A DNA stretch of 64,000 nt, from contig OZ025649.1 of assembly GCA_964019335.1 (NCBI GenBank), positions 744,001 through 808,000 on the forward strand, in the 5' to 3' direction. Shown here piece by piece: positions 33,461 through 45,300 of this stretch (positions are counted from its first letter, which is position 1; every line of letters starts with the position of its first letter). Made by a program: the position numbers and the translations under genes. The stretch is from Diplonema japonicum (taxonomy: Eukaryota; Protista; Euglenozoa: Diplonemea). Under the pieces are notes generated by a model. It ran no database searches. It was not told the origin of the DNA and saw nothing but the letters and a program-made list of their open reading frames with translations.

Positions 33461-35995
33461 ATGTTGTGCTACCCTTTAGGCAGGCACATTAGCGCCCCAA
33501 GGAAGAAGCGACAAAGGAAGATTAAAAGGATCACTACATCTTATGTAGTAAAGGTGTGGGTGTATCTGGATATCAAAGGGAAGAAGAGAGAAGAGGTGCT
33601 GGTGGTTTTGCAGAACCACATCTCTCACCAGGAGGCGGTTGAGGTTATCTGGAGCAAGGTGTCACCAGCACCCACACACCCTATTTCTGAGTACACTTTG
33701 CTGCAATGTTTTGCGGACGGAGATATCAACGACAGCTTACCTTTTATACCCATGGATGCTGTTCTGAAGGATCAGCTATCCTTCCCTTTCATGGTGTGCT
33801 GTTGCTACAGCCCGTTCCTCATCAAAGCCGCTGTGGTACAAAGGCGAGAGGCGAAGTTCCGCAACCAGGCAGCTGCTCAGTACGCGGGTTCATGCTCTTT
33901 TTGGGAATCCGTCAGCAGCATGTTGAAGTCCCTGCACCTCTCCTACACCACAGTTCTTAGAAAGGAGTCCGAAGCCTTTATCAAGATCCAGATACGTTTC
34001 TGGTACGAGTACTATGCCGTGCTAGAGGGTATCCTCGTGCGGGATGAGACGCAGTCGAGAGATGCAGTGGGACGGGAAGAGGGGAAAGATTTTAGAGCCA
34101 TCGTCGAGAGATTTAAATTAGAGAACAATGAGATCAGAGAGAGGGGTGTACTGGAGGACGAAGAGAGGCGTGTCATGGACGCCTTACGCGAGGCAGCGAT
34201 GAAGAGCGAGGCAAAGATTCGTGAGAAGCAAGGCTATGCCATTAGCATGGAGGTCTTCCTCAGCAAGGTCACCGCCGCATTCGATGACTGCCTTGCCGCC
34301 AAGCGCATGTTGTACAATAGCTCCCGTATCGCGTGCTGCGTTCATAGCGCAGCCGATCAGGAGGCCACCCCTTTGCAGGTCGACACGCGCCGCCTCGCTG
34401 CGTACACGTCCCTCACCTCCACTCTCGACATCACCGACAAGAACACTATCAAAGGTGATCTGTACACCTCCTCATGGCCCGTCACTTATGTCGACGCCTA
34501 TGGAACTGACTCTGAGAGAGAGATATGCCCTTCATTTCCATGATTGGCCATTGGTGTACAGTTTGTCAGTTGAAGGTTGTTTAATTTTCGGCCCGCTCTA
34601 TTTACAGGTCCAGGATTGGGCAGGGGTGAGATGGGTGATCCGTATGCTTTAGTGTCTGCGAACGCAATGGAGCCCCCTGCGCTCCCTGAGGTGGGTGTCA
34701 ACGTTCCGTCATTCGTTCTACCCGAAGAAGATTGGGTCCCACCAACTCCACCTGGGGGTGCTGCTGCTCCACCTTCTGCCGCAGCACCTGCGCCTGCTGA
34801 AACACTCCCACCTACCCCTGCTGTCGTGGCAGCCGCTCCTGAGGCGCCTGTGGTAGCCACGCTTGCAGCTCCTGCACCACCGCCTGCGTCAGCTCCCCCT
34901 AACATGGGTGGAGACCCGTACCATCTCGTGTCGCCCAACGCTATAGAGCCGCCAGCGCTCCCCGAGGTTGGTGTTAATGTGCCATCGTTCGTGGCTCCAG
35001 ACGATGATTGGGAAGCGCCGGATCCCCCAGGAGGGAGCAGTGCCGCTGGAGCATCTGCAGTCACACCCCCTCCTGCTGCTCCGCCAGCGGCCCCTGCAGC
35101 CCCTACACCATCGGCCCCTGCAGCTCCAGCACCACCAGCTCCTGCACCCCCGGCAGCTCCAGCACCACCTGCACCTGCACCAGCACCACCTGGGGGGCCA
35201 AAAGGGGCACCCCCCCCACCCCCGCCGGGAGCGCCACCAGCACCTCCTCCACCAGGACCCCCACCTCCACCACCACCCACAGGTGCTCCGCCCCCGCCTG
35301 CTCCGCCTGGGAAGAAGGCAGGTGTCAAGAAGTCTAAAGGCGCAAGCTTGTCAGCCATGCTTGCAGAGATCCAGCAAGGTGGGTTCAAACTGAAGAAGGC
35401 AGTCACTGTCGACAAGAGCAGTGCACGGCGTGCGGGTGGTAGTGGGAACGGTGATGGGGCGACGGGCACCCCGGAGGCAAGCAGCGACGCGAAGGTGAGG
35501 CGGGCATGGTCCAAGCGTACAGAGAGCGCATGGGTCGTCAACAACAAGATCATGACGTCTGGAGAAGGCGTGGCGCAGGGCATGACCGAACCTGCAGTTG
35601 TGCCCGTTGAGTCTTGCCTGGTAGCAACCTTCAGGATGGAAGGTGACAGTAACATCACCACCGTTGGACTGGTGCCCTCATCCTTCGATATCAGTAAGGG
35701 GTCCTTCCTGGGCAAGATGTCACGACAGGGTAACGGGAGCCAGTTCCAGGGATTGTTCCTCAGGTCCACAGGGAGCATACAGCTACCCGGGCACTCCCCT
35801 TCGTTCCTAAGCAACGCAGCACTGGAGGTGATTAAACCCGAGAGCAAGGTGCAGATTAGACTCAAGCAGAACGGAGAGTGTGCCATTACCATCGACGAAA
35901 AAGAGGTGTGGAAGAAGGAATTGGGCAGGCTAGCTGAAAAGGTGTGTGGATACGCAAGGTTGTACAGACAGGGCGATGCGGTGACACTGGTGTAG
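33461..35995 (+). CDS. Proline-rich WH2-domain protein (WASP/verprolin-like) with SIN1-CRIM-like N-terminus; probable 1 nt frameshift near 34528 and intron 34576-34607
   Basis: Poly-Pro tracts; WH2 SAMLAEIQQGGFKLKKAVTVDKS; ORFs 33461-34543 and 34577-35995 join if TGCCCTT is read as TGCCTT and a 32 nt GT-AG intron is removed; could be two genes. Confidence 0.65.
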
Positions 35996-36087
35996 GTGTT
36001 AGATGTTTTTTGCAATTTCTCTTTCTTAGCCAAATCACCCTTGTCATAGGAGAAGATACATAGAAAATAAAAGAAAAAAAAGGAAAT

Positions 36088-37014
36088 ATGCCGTCTATCG
36101 AAGCAGAGCACACGATGTGGCAGGGGCCTGTGGTGGGGGTCCCACTGAATGGAGGTGGCGGGTACAACATCCTAGGGACACCGTCGCAGGGCAACACGAG
36201 AGCGAACGTGTTGATGCAGAGCATGGCGTGCATCCGGCTAGGGGACATCACCAGCATGTACCACACGCTCTTCACCCCCAAGGCCGTGCTGAAGACACCG
36301 ACCTTGCCAAGCGACTGCTCGGTGCCGTACGCAGGGACGTATGTAGGCCTGGCTGGGATCAAGAGTTTTACCGAAAGAGCGCATGAAGCATGGGGCGGGC
36401 TGAAAGCCTTCGACCTGCACTCGGCAAGCGTGCAGGGCGACATTGGGTACGCAATGCTGTCGATCGAGTTGGATGTGGAGAACGGTGTTCTGTACAAAGA
36501 AGAGGAGCCCGTGACATGCAAGTTCGTCGGCGACAGGATATCGGAACTATCTCTGCACATCAACACCCCAGCTGCACTGGCGGCTTATGGCGTGAAGCAG
36601 GGGAAGATCAAAGCACGTGTGAACGCAAGATGCCCGTGCCCTCACAACTCGTGGGATAACGTCCGCGCGAAAAAGGGCGGAGCCACTCTGAGGTGCCGTG
36701 TTTGCCAAACACAGTGGAAGACTTCGCTCTCTGAGCTGACCAGATGCAACGCATTCATTAAAGGACAATGTGTGCTGGAAAGGAACTGTCCTAACATCCA
36801 CGTCCATGGCAAGAAGCAGTCCCTCTCTGAGAGAGTTGACAAGTTCGGCTCCGACGTCTTAGTCAGGGTACCCAAGCACGTCGCACAAGCTGCACAGGAC
36901 GATCAACCGCCCCTTCTCACCGATGATGAGATGGGGAGCAGCGAGGAGTCGATCGAAATGCTCATGGAGTGCCTCGAGCAGGGTGTTATCTCTATGCTGG
37001 GCGATGAGGAGTGA
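36088..37014 (+). CDS. SnoaL/NTF2-like domain fused to Zn-ribbon and CCCH-type finger
   Basis: PYAGTYVGLAGIKSF..KFVGDRISEL (SnoaL-like); CPHNSWDNVR..LRCRVCQTQW; CNAFIKGQC..CPNIH. Confidence 0.7.
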   Translation: MPSIEAEHTMWQGPVVGVPLNGGGGYNILGTPSQGNTRANVLMQSMACIRLGDITSMYHTLFTPKAVLKTPTLPSDCSVPYAGTYVGLAGIKSFTERAHEAWGGLKAFDLHSASVQGDIGYAMLSIELDVENGVLYKEEEPVTCKFVGDRISELSLHINTPAALAAYGVKQGKIKARVNARCPCPHNSWDNVRAKKGGATLRCRVCQTQWKTSLSELTRCNAFIKGQCVLERNCPNIHVHGKKQSLSERVDKFGSDVLVRVPKHVAQAAQDDQPPLLTDDEMGSSEESIEMLMECLEQGVISMLGDEE

Positions 37015-40000
37015 GAAGGTATACCTGTTTGTAACAAAAAGAAAATGAAAAAAGAAAGGTGGCGCAAAGATTTTACTTTTGAGGAGGTTTTGGCAGTGAC
37101 CCCAAAGAGAAAAGGCGGAATTTGATCTCCCTCTCTTACTCCCCCCCCTTCCCATTTTATTATTTTATTTGCAAGTAGTTCCCCCCCCCCTTTTTTTAAA
37201 TATAAATGTACCTTTCTTACTTATTTATTTCATATCCCCGTTCTCCTCCGGCTATAAAAAAAAGGGGGGAGTAAAAAGAGTGGTTTTTTTTTTTTTTTAG
37301 TAGGCGTGTGTTGGCTTGTGAAAAAGGGATAGTCTTTTTTTCTTTCTTTTACTCTGGAATAGCTGAATTGGGTAGGTCTAAGATCTCCCACCCCCCCCCC
37401 CCCCCCTTCCGTGCCCTCTTGCTCACTGTCAATAAGCTTTAAAGGTTTCCTACTCCCCTACGCCCTCTTTTTTTTTCTCCCCCTTTTTCTTTTCTCTACC
37501 TAGCTATGAGAGAAGAAGGGGGAGAAGAAAAGATATTCTTATTGGCTAGTCCTGTGTTAAGAAATTCTCGTGTGGTTCTCCCCCCCCCCCCCCCCCCCCA
37601 CCCCACCCCACATTTCCCAGCAATGCTGCTTTTTTTAAACTTAAGTACTTCTATTTTTTTTCTTTCCTCATTGTCTGAGATTCCCATTTTTTTTTAGTGA
37701 CCGGGGTGGTTTATAACCTTTTACACTATCTTATTCTTTCAAAGCTCCAGCCTGTCCACGGGAGTTGTAGGTCCTGCCGAGAGCTCGCTGCTCCTTTGGC
37801 TTAGGACACTGTGTGGACACGAATGCTCATAGAGAAATAGAAAGGGAAAGGAGAAACAGTAAGAAAGAAAACAAGAAGAAAGGAGCATGGTGTAACGAAG
37901 ATAGAAGAAAAAAAAAAAAAAAGTAAGAATTTCCTTTTCTTTTCCCTTTCCCTCCCCCTCGCCCGCTTTTTTTTTTTTGTCACTGCCCCCTCTCTTTTCA
38001 AAAGTTTTTTTTTTCTACTGTACTCGTCGTCTGTATCGACTCTGCTCGCTTCAGGTAGGGCACAGCTAGGGGCGAAACTTGGTATGGTATAGCCATGTCC
38101 TTTACATTATGGGTTTTTTTCTCTTTTTCTCCCGGTTAGGAAGAAGAAAAAAGAGTCCCCCCCCCTTCGCACGCACAATGCACATCTTTAAAAGAAAAAA
38201 GAAAATAAAACAACAACAACAAAAAAAGAAAACGTTTAAAAGATATTTTCTCTAGGGCAAGGAAGTGGGCAAACCTTTGGTTGGAGGATAACAGTGCTTC
38301 TATCCCTATGATTTTTTAAAAAAAAAGAAAAAGAGAAAAACAAAAAAAAAAAAAGAATGTGTACCCTAATCATCCTCTCCCCCCACGTCCACTTGCATTT
38401 CCCCCCTCCTACATTTTTTTTTGTTCCCCCCCGCCTTTTTTTTTAAAATCTAAATGTCTCTTTCTTTTTTATTTTCCCCTTTTAACGCTTTTTGTTTTAT
38501 TTATTTGTTTGTTCTTTCCATTCGTTTTTTTTTAGCTTTCATGGGGGCCCCCTTTGGTTGGAGGTTAAAGGGCCCTTTTTTTTGAAGAAGAAAGAAAGGA
38601 GGAAAGAAGGAACGATAACGGAAAAGCGAGATTTTTTTCTTCTTCTTTTTTTTTGTGTTGCCGCAAGGTGAAGGGCTGTTGATAGTGATTCTCACCCCCC
38701 CTTCACACAGAATAGTATCGATTTGCTGTTGTGTTTCGCTTTATTTTTTTTTTTTGGAAAAGAAAGAAAGAAGAGTGTTTGAAATGTGAATCCCAACTAG
38801 GTTTTTTTAAAATCTATATAATCCCCCCCCGACCTGCGCTGCTCATCCAGTTGCCATCATCATTTCTTTTTTTTTCTCCTGCGCTTTCATTCTCGGAAAT
38901 TGATTTTTATTCTCATTTTTCTTTTTTGACCGCTGCCCACCACCCCATGACGGTTGAGTGGGTGGGTGGAAAAAAAGAAAGTAAACGAGAAGAGAAAAGC
39001 AGGACAAGGAGAAGGACAGATAAAAAACAAAAAATGAAAAAAAGAAAAGAAAAGAAAGGAATGGAAATACGTTATATCCCGGATAATGACGGCCTTAAGC
39101 AGCACTTTTCCCTCAGGCAACACATGCAACGAAAAACAAAAGAAGAAAGAGAAGAAGAGAGCTTGCTCACACAATGCTAATTCTACTTCATACACTGTTT
39201 GAAAAGAGAGGGAGCTTAAAGGCTTGAAAGGCGGCGAAAAATCGCGATGCAGGCAGGTAGAGATTTTTTCCCCCTTCCCCCCCCTTTTTTTTTCAAGGTT
39301 GTCTTTACATCACCTTTCGTTAGAGAACCTAGAATTTGTTTTCCCCCTCCCATCCTTCTGTTTACTGTCTTTCTTCCTCTGATCCGCCCCACCTTTTTTT
39401 TTTCAAGGGGGGGAAAAGAAAAAAAAAGATTTAAAAAGACTGTGGTAGAAGATCCCCCCCCCCCCCCCTCTATATAATTTATAACTATGAGAGTTTGGTT
39501 TTTTTTTTCTCCCCCCCATCCCCTCTTTTTTTCTTTTTTTTTTCTTATCATTTTTTTTTCTCTTCCGTATTAAACAATGATATATTGTCTGTACTGAAGG
39601 TCCGGTAAGCCGCGGCAACCAAGCGCCAGGATTTCTTTTTTTTTTATTTATTTATTTTAAAATATAATTTATTTATCCAGTAGCAGTGTAGTACCGTGCC
39701 TTGAGCTCTAGATCTCATTGGCAACGTGTTATGGGTTTACAAACTTCTCTAGGTTTTTACCCGGCACGTACAAACAACGGCAGTTCCTCTTTTTCAAAAA
39801 GAAAAAGAAGAGGTGCGGTTACAGGTTTACTAGGAGGTCCTACTGCTGCATTACGATCGCTGAATTCTGACCCCTTCCCTTTATTTTTCCCGACAGGATC
39901 TTCTTCGTCAATCTGTGTATCGCATGTGAAGGAGACGAGAGAAATAAAAAAGAAATATCGTTTTTTTAAAGCTTCCCCCAGCCCGAACAAGCAGGGAGAC

Positions 40001-40164
40001 AGGTTGATGGAATAGGCGAATAAAAGAAAAATAAAGAAAAAAAAAAAAAGAAAAGGCACTTCACCTCCGCCTTTTTTCTCCTTTTTCCTGAGAATCTGCA
40101 AAAAAGAAAAAAAGAAAAGAAGAGAAAAGCCTGATTACGGGTCTTTTTTTCTTCCTCCCTTGTG

Positions 40165-40202
<38 letters not shown>

Positions 40203-40372
40203 ATTTCTTATCCCCTTTCAAGCCCTACGTTTTTTTTTTCTTTTTTTTTTTTTTTTTTTTCCCTTTTTTTTTTCTTTTTCTTTTTCTTTTTTTTTGCTCC
40301 TCTTTTTTTTTTTCTGTTCATGATTTTAATGATCGGACCAAAAGGAGAAACAGGAAGAACAAACAAAGGAAG

Positions 40373-41344
40373 ATGCTCCGCGTGTTTGGCGTGAGTGACG
40401 TTCACAGCGATTACGACGAGAACCTCACCTGGGTCCGGCAGTTGTCCACGAGGGAGGACAGGGGCACGAATGACGTGTTGATCCTGGCGGGTGACATAAC
40501 CCATAAGGTGGACATTCTTGAGGAGGTTTTTGAGAAAGCAAAAAGTGCTTTCAAACACGTAGCGTACGTACCCGGGAACCACGACCTCTGGGAAGACCCT
40601 AGCACGAAGGGCGAAACTGCCTTTGAGAAGCTTGAGACTCTGATGAGGACATGCAAAAAGCATGGTGTCATTACCTCCCCAGAGTGCATTGACGGTAAGC
40701 TGTGGGTGGTCCCCATGCTGGCATGGCACCATGCCTCGTGGGACACGGAGCCCGACATAACCGGCTGGAAGGGAATAGTTGACGTCCGCCGTTTGATGGC
40801 CGACTACCGCAGGTGCGACTGGGGCAGCGCAGACCATTTCACTGACGAGGTTGCTGTCGCAGTTGACACATTCAACGACACCACTACCTTTGACTGGTCG
40901 GCCCCTCGCGACATCCCCGTCCTCAGCTTCTCTCACTTCCTTCCTTTCCAAGAGCTCTGCCCTGAGAAACGTTTCCTTTACCACCCTAACCTATGCAAGG
41001 CAGTTGGTTCCACCCCTCTCCGCAACCGCCTTTTGAAGCTAAAACCTGGGCTCCACCTTTTCGGGCACACCCACTTCGGTTGGGACGCCGTCGTGCAGGG
41101 CGTGAGATGTGTTCAGTCCCCCCTTGCCTATCCACATGAACGGAATTCTCGTCCACGCTCTTTGAAGCATAATGACACCCTAGCCTACTCAAAGCCCCTG
41201 CTGCTCTGGACAGAAACCGATTCCTTCACCCCGCCTTTGGAATGCTGGTGGTCGGAGTACTACAGGAACAACCCCAGGACACCCGAGAACAACACGGAGC
41301 TCGCGCCCTACGTGGCTGAGCTCTACACGAGAGAGATGAGTTAA
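40373..41344 (+). CDS. Calcineurin-like metallophosphoesterase
   Basis: SDVH, LAGD, PGNHD, FSHFLP, FGHTH. Confidence 0.9.
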   Translation: MLRVFGVSDVHSDYDENLTWVRQLSTREDRGTNDVLILAGDITHKVDILEEVFEKAKSAFKHVAYVPGNHDLWEDPSTKGETAFEKLETLMRTCKKHGVITSPECIDGKLWVVPMLAWHHASWDTEPDITGWKGIVDVRRLMADYRRCDWGSADHFTDEVAVAVDTFNDTTTFDWSAPRDIPVLSFSHFLPFQELCPEKRFLYHPNLCKAVGSTPLRNRLLKLKPGLHLFGHTHFGWDAVVQGVRCVQSPLAYPHERNSRPRSLKHNDTLAYSKPLLLWTETDSFTPPLECWWSEYYRNNPRTPENNTELAPYVAELYTREMS

Positions 41345-41414
41345 GAGTTACCTGGATTTTACCTACATTTGCCGTGGGTATAGAGATTTTGTGCTATTCC
41401 AATAGGACTTAAAG

Positions 41415-42266
41415 ATGAACCTGAAGGCACGCGAGGAGTTCGCAGTGGCCGTTGCTAGGGAGGCGGGTGCAATGGCCTTGCAGTACTACAAAGGAACCAC
41501 CTTGCGTGTTGAAAGCAAGGCTGACGAAAGTCCCGTGACGGAAGCCGATAAGGCAGTGAACGCATTCCTGATCAAGAAGGTCGGGGAAGCGTGGCCCGGG
41601 GAGGACATAGTGGCCGAGGAGGACATCGAGGGGAGCAGCGCGAGGCAGGTAAGGGACGTGAATGGATACATTTGGTTCATTGATCCCATCGATGGGACGA
41701 AGGAGTTCATAAAGAGGACGGGCGAGTGGAGCGTCATGATAGGTTTGGTGAAAGACGGCAGGCCTGTGATGGGGGTCATGTACCAGGCAGCGAAGGACAA
41801 ACTGTTCAGAGGGTACAAGGGAGGGGGTGCTTACCTTGAGGAAAATGGCGGGAAGACAAAGAGTAGGATCGGAGGTAATCGGGCTCCTTCAGTCCCTGTC
41901 ACTGCCGTGCGTTCGCATTCCCACCCCCCAGTAGGCACAGCTTTGGGTTTGGAAGCATTTATGGGTGCACCTACAGTTATTACACACGGTTCATTCGGAC
42001 TGAAGCTTGCCTTGGTTTCCAGTGGCGTTGCAGACCTTTATGTGTCCGGTGGGAAGGGCTCTCTATGGGACTCCTGCTCAGGGGAAGCCATTGCCGCAGA
42101 GTGCAACATCACCGTTGTTATTATCGACAGTGAAACCATGCAGCCCTCACTTATTTCCTACGACCCGAGGAGGAACCTCGACCTCAACAACACCGTGGTG
42201 GCCATGCACAGCTCGTTATACCCGGCCTTCCTGAAGCACCTTCAGAGCGCTGGCTCCAAGCTATAG
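41415..42266 (+). CDS. cysQ: Inositol monophosphatase family, CysQ-like 3'(2'),5'-bisphosphate nucleotidase
   Basis: SPVTEAD, AEE, WFIDPIDGTKEF, RSHS, GSFGLK, LWD. Confidence 0.85.
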   Translation: MNLKAREEFAVAVAREAGAMALQYYKGTTLRVESKADESPVTEADKAVNAFLIKKVGEAWPGEDIVAEEDIEGSSARQVRDVNGYIWFIDPIDGTKEFIKRTGEWSVMIGLVKDGRPVMGVMYQAAKDKLFRGYKGGGAYLEENGGKTKSRIGGNRAPSVPVTAVRSHSHPPVGTALGLEAFMGAPTVITHGSFGLKLALVSSGVADLYVSGGKGSLWDSCSGEAIAAECNITVVIIDSETMQPSLISYDPRRNLDLNNTVVAMHSSLYPAFLKHLQSAGSKL

Positions 42267-42338
42267 CAATAGTAAAGGTTATTTATACAGATAGATTCAT
42301 ATGCAGAGCCTTTACCATACACACACAGGAAAAGCAAC

Positions 42339-45300
42339 ATGGCGGCACTGCTAACATCAATTGTGGCAGTTTTAGTATCAGATTGCACTAAATGGCTGCC
42401 ACCTAAAAACATCGCCGATTACCCCAAATGGATATACTGCAACAGGAGGCCTGGAGACGGTCAGACAGCATACACGTACATGGAGACCAAGATGCCGCCT
42501 GCGGATGTAGCGCCGTACCAGTGCACGAACGGTAGGGTGCTTAGACATGACGCTGCTGGTATTATTTGTGCTGATTACACTAAAGGGGATGAGTATGCTG
42601 GGCCCTGCACGGACGCGCAGTGCTGTGCAGAGGGGATCTGCTCCTCTTACTCTTGCACAGTGGGGTCTCTTAAATCCAACGCTGCTGATATCTCCTGCGC
42701 GTACTTCCCGTGCAACGACTATACCTGCTGCGACAATCCTTCAGGCACTCCGAAGCACGACGCGCAAGGACTCATCTTCGTTGACCGCGACCCAAAGAGG
42801 TTTCAGTTCGGTGGTAAAGCAACAATCATCCGCGCCCCTGACGAGTCGGACATCACACACTACCGCATCTACTGGGGGTTTGCAAAAACTGTGCGCAAGG
42901 TGCCTTCGTGCGGTCTCAAGAACCCTGTGTCGTGGGAACAGTTCAAGTTTACCGATCTAACCAGAATGTATGGTGAGTACCCCGCCACGGGGTGTGACAT
43001 CACCTTTGACATTCCGATGGGGACCCTGCCCAACGTGCGCTGTACCATCTCCTACGATAGGAAGGACAAGACCATCGCTGCCAATGATCCGTGCAACCCG
43101 CACTACCTGATTATCGTCTCCATGAATGCGAATGGCATGAAGTTCATCGACGGTCAGGTGCAGCAGCTTGGCCCTCGTCACCCCATCTCGGATTATGAGG
43201 ATGAGTTCGGGCTCCCGTGCGCAGAGGGTGGTGTCACTATGGGACACGACCTGCCCGGCCCTGATGATGTTATACTCGGTACGTTCAACGGCGTGAACAC
43301 AGCTAAAGAATGCGCACAGCTGTGCCGTGACTACACTGGCTCTAAAGGTCCTTGCAGATACTGGACCTTTGCTTACCCAACTGGCGGCCACACTGAGAAG
43401 TCTTGTTGGATGGAAGCACAGGTCCTGCAAAAGGCACATTACGGCGTTCGTATCATTGGCCCTGCAGTGTGCCCCACCCCTGATGATGCCCCCCCTACAG
43501 GCATCGAGCGGCCAAGGTGCAACAGGTGGGTTCGCATACCCAACATGGCTCCCTTTGACGACAGCAACCGAGGTGCTTACACAGACAAGGGCGGTATTTA
43601 CAACCAGAAGCCGAATATTCCAGATGTCCCCTTGGGTCAGTACAGCAATGCGGAGGAGTGCCAGGCGATCTGCGACATGGACGTGCTGTGCATCGGGTTT
43701 GTCTACATGAAGAAGGACGTTACCGACACCTACTTTCACAAGTGTATTATGATCCACATTACTGACACGCTCCGGTCTACCCCTTATTACGACTTGTGGA
43801 TGTGCTCCAGGGAGGGAATGGCGCCTCTCATCAACGGCTACGAGATGCAGACAAACCCTTTCGGATACAAAACATGCGAAGCGTCAGGTGTGCTTGGTGC
43901 ACGGGAGGCTGTTCCCGACCAGGACTGCTGTGCGGAGAAGTGTACTGCTGATTCATCCTGTGTTGCCTTCACGTTCTACAACACCGACAAGACGTGTCAG
44001 CTGTTCTCTGCGTGCTCCACACTGACATCGGTGAATAAGGTGACAGGCTGCGCTTACGAGTCTTGTTTCGATACTTACGGTTTGACTACATACAAGAAGC
44101 TGGGTGCCTCAATGGAGCTGGTAGACAGGTGGCCCAAGACTGGGAGTGAGTCAGGGATCGAGACTTATGTTCAAACAGCTGGGATTGAGGGACGCACTGT
44201 GCACTGTTACACGTTCCCGGCTGGGACAAGTGGCGCAAAGCCGCAGAATGCGGAAGATATGATATCTGACCTGGCGGCGGACAGAAGGTTCTCTGCTGTG
44301 GTGACTGTAGGTGTGGCATCTATGACCATTTTGAAGGACATGAAGGGGAAGATAATTTCACCCGCAACAGAGTACACGACACGGTGTGGTGTCGAGAACG
44401 CAGTTTCCCTCGGGCTCACTGGTATCGTGTCAATGGTCTTCGACACCGAGTACCCTTATGGCTACGTTGAAATAACTGCAAACAACGGTGCCAATGGGTG
44501 GTGCAGGGGCGATAACGACTGCATTAAAGGATCTGTTGCTCCAAACAAGCCATACACCATCTCAGAGTGCAAAGCTCTCTGTGATGCTCAGTCCAACTGC
44601 TTAGCATTCCAGATCAGGTCAACCGACGGGAACTGCGGGCTTGCCACACAGTGTGTGTACAACACTGTGAAGGCAGACACCCTTGTGAAATGCTTCAAGA
44701 AGTCCAACACCAACGTCCACACTATTGGTAATGACAAGTGCGAGAAGAAATGTGATGGGACCTGCTACTGGGAGAGGCGCATGGGACTCTACACTAGGAA
44801 CCGTTTCTTGGCGCACACGGCAAACTCATGCCAGGCAACAGACGCTCCGGACACACCAGCCCCTGACACTCTTACACCTGATACCACCGCGCCCGCTACC
44901 CCGGCACCAGACACTACTTCTCCAGTGACACCTGCGCCTGACACACCCGCACCTGACACCCCTGCACCTGACACACCTGTGCCTGACACAACTGCACCTG
45001 ACACACCTGCGCCTGACACCCCCGCACCCGACACACCTGCACCTGACACACCTGCGCCTGACACACCCGCACCTGACACACCCGCACCTGACACACAGGC
45101 TCCTCCTACCCTGATTCCTGGCGTCCCTGCGACGCCAGCACCCGATACCGCTGTTCCCACAGCAGCACCTGCAACTTCTGCACCTGACACACAGGCCCCT
45201 GCAACACCTGCTCCAGACACTTCCGCACCTGATACTTCTGCACCTGATACACCCGCGCCTGACACACAGGCCCCTGCAACTCCTGCTCCAGACACTTCCG

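Noticed and set aside
34498-36111. Long minus-strand ORFs here and at 44789-46516 and 15053-15670
   Set aside because: Antisense shadows of low-complexity Pro/Ala/Thr or Glu/Lys coding sequence.
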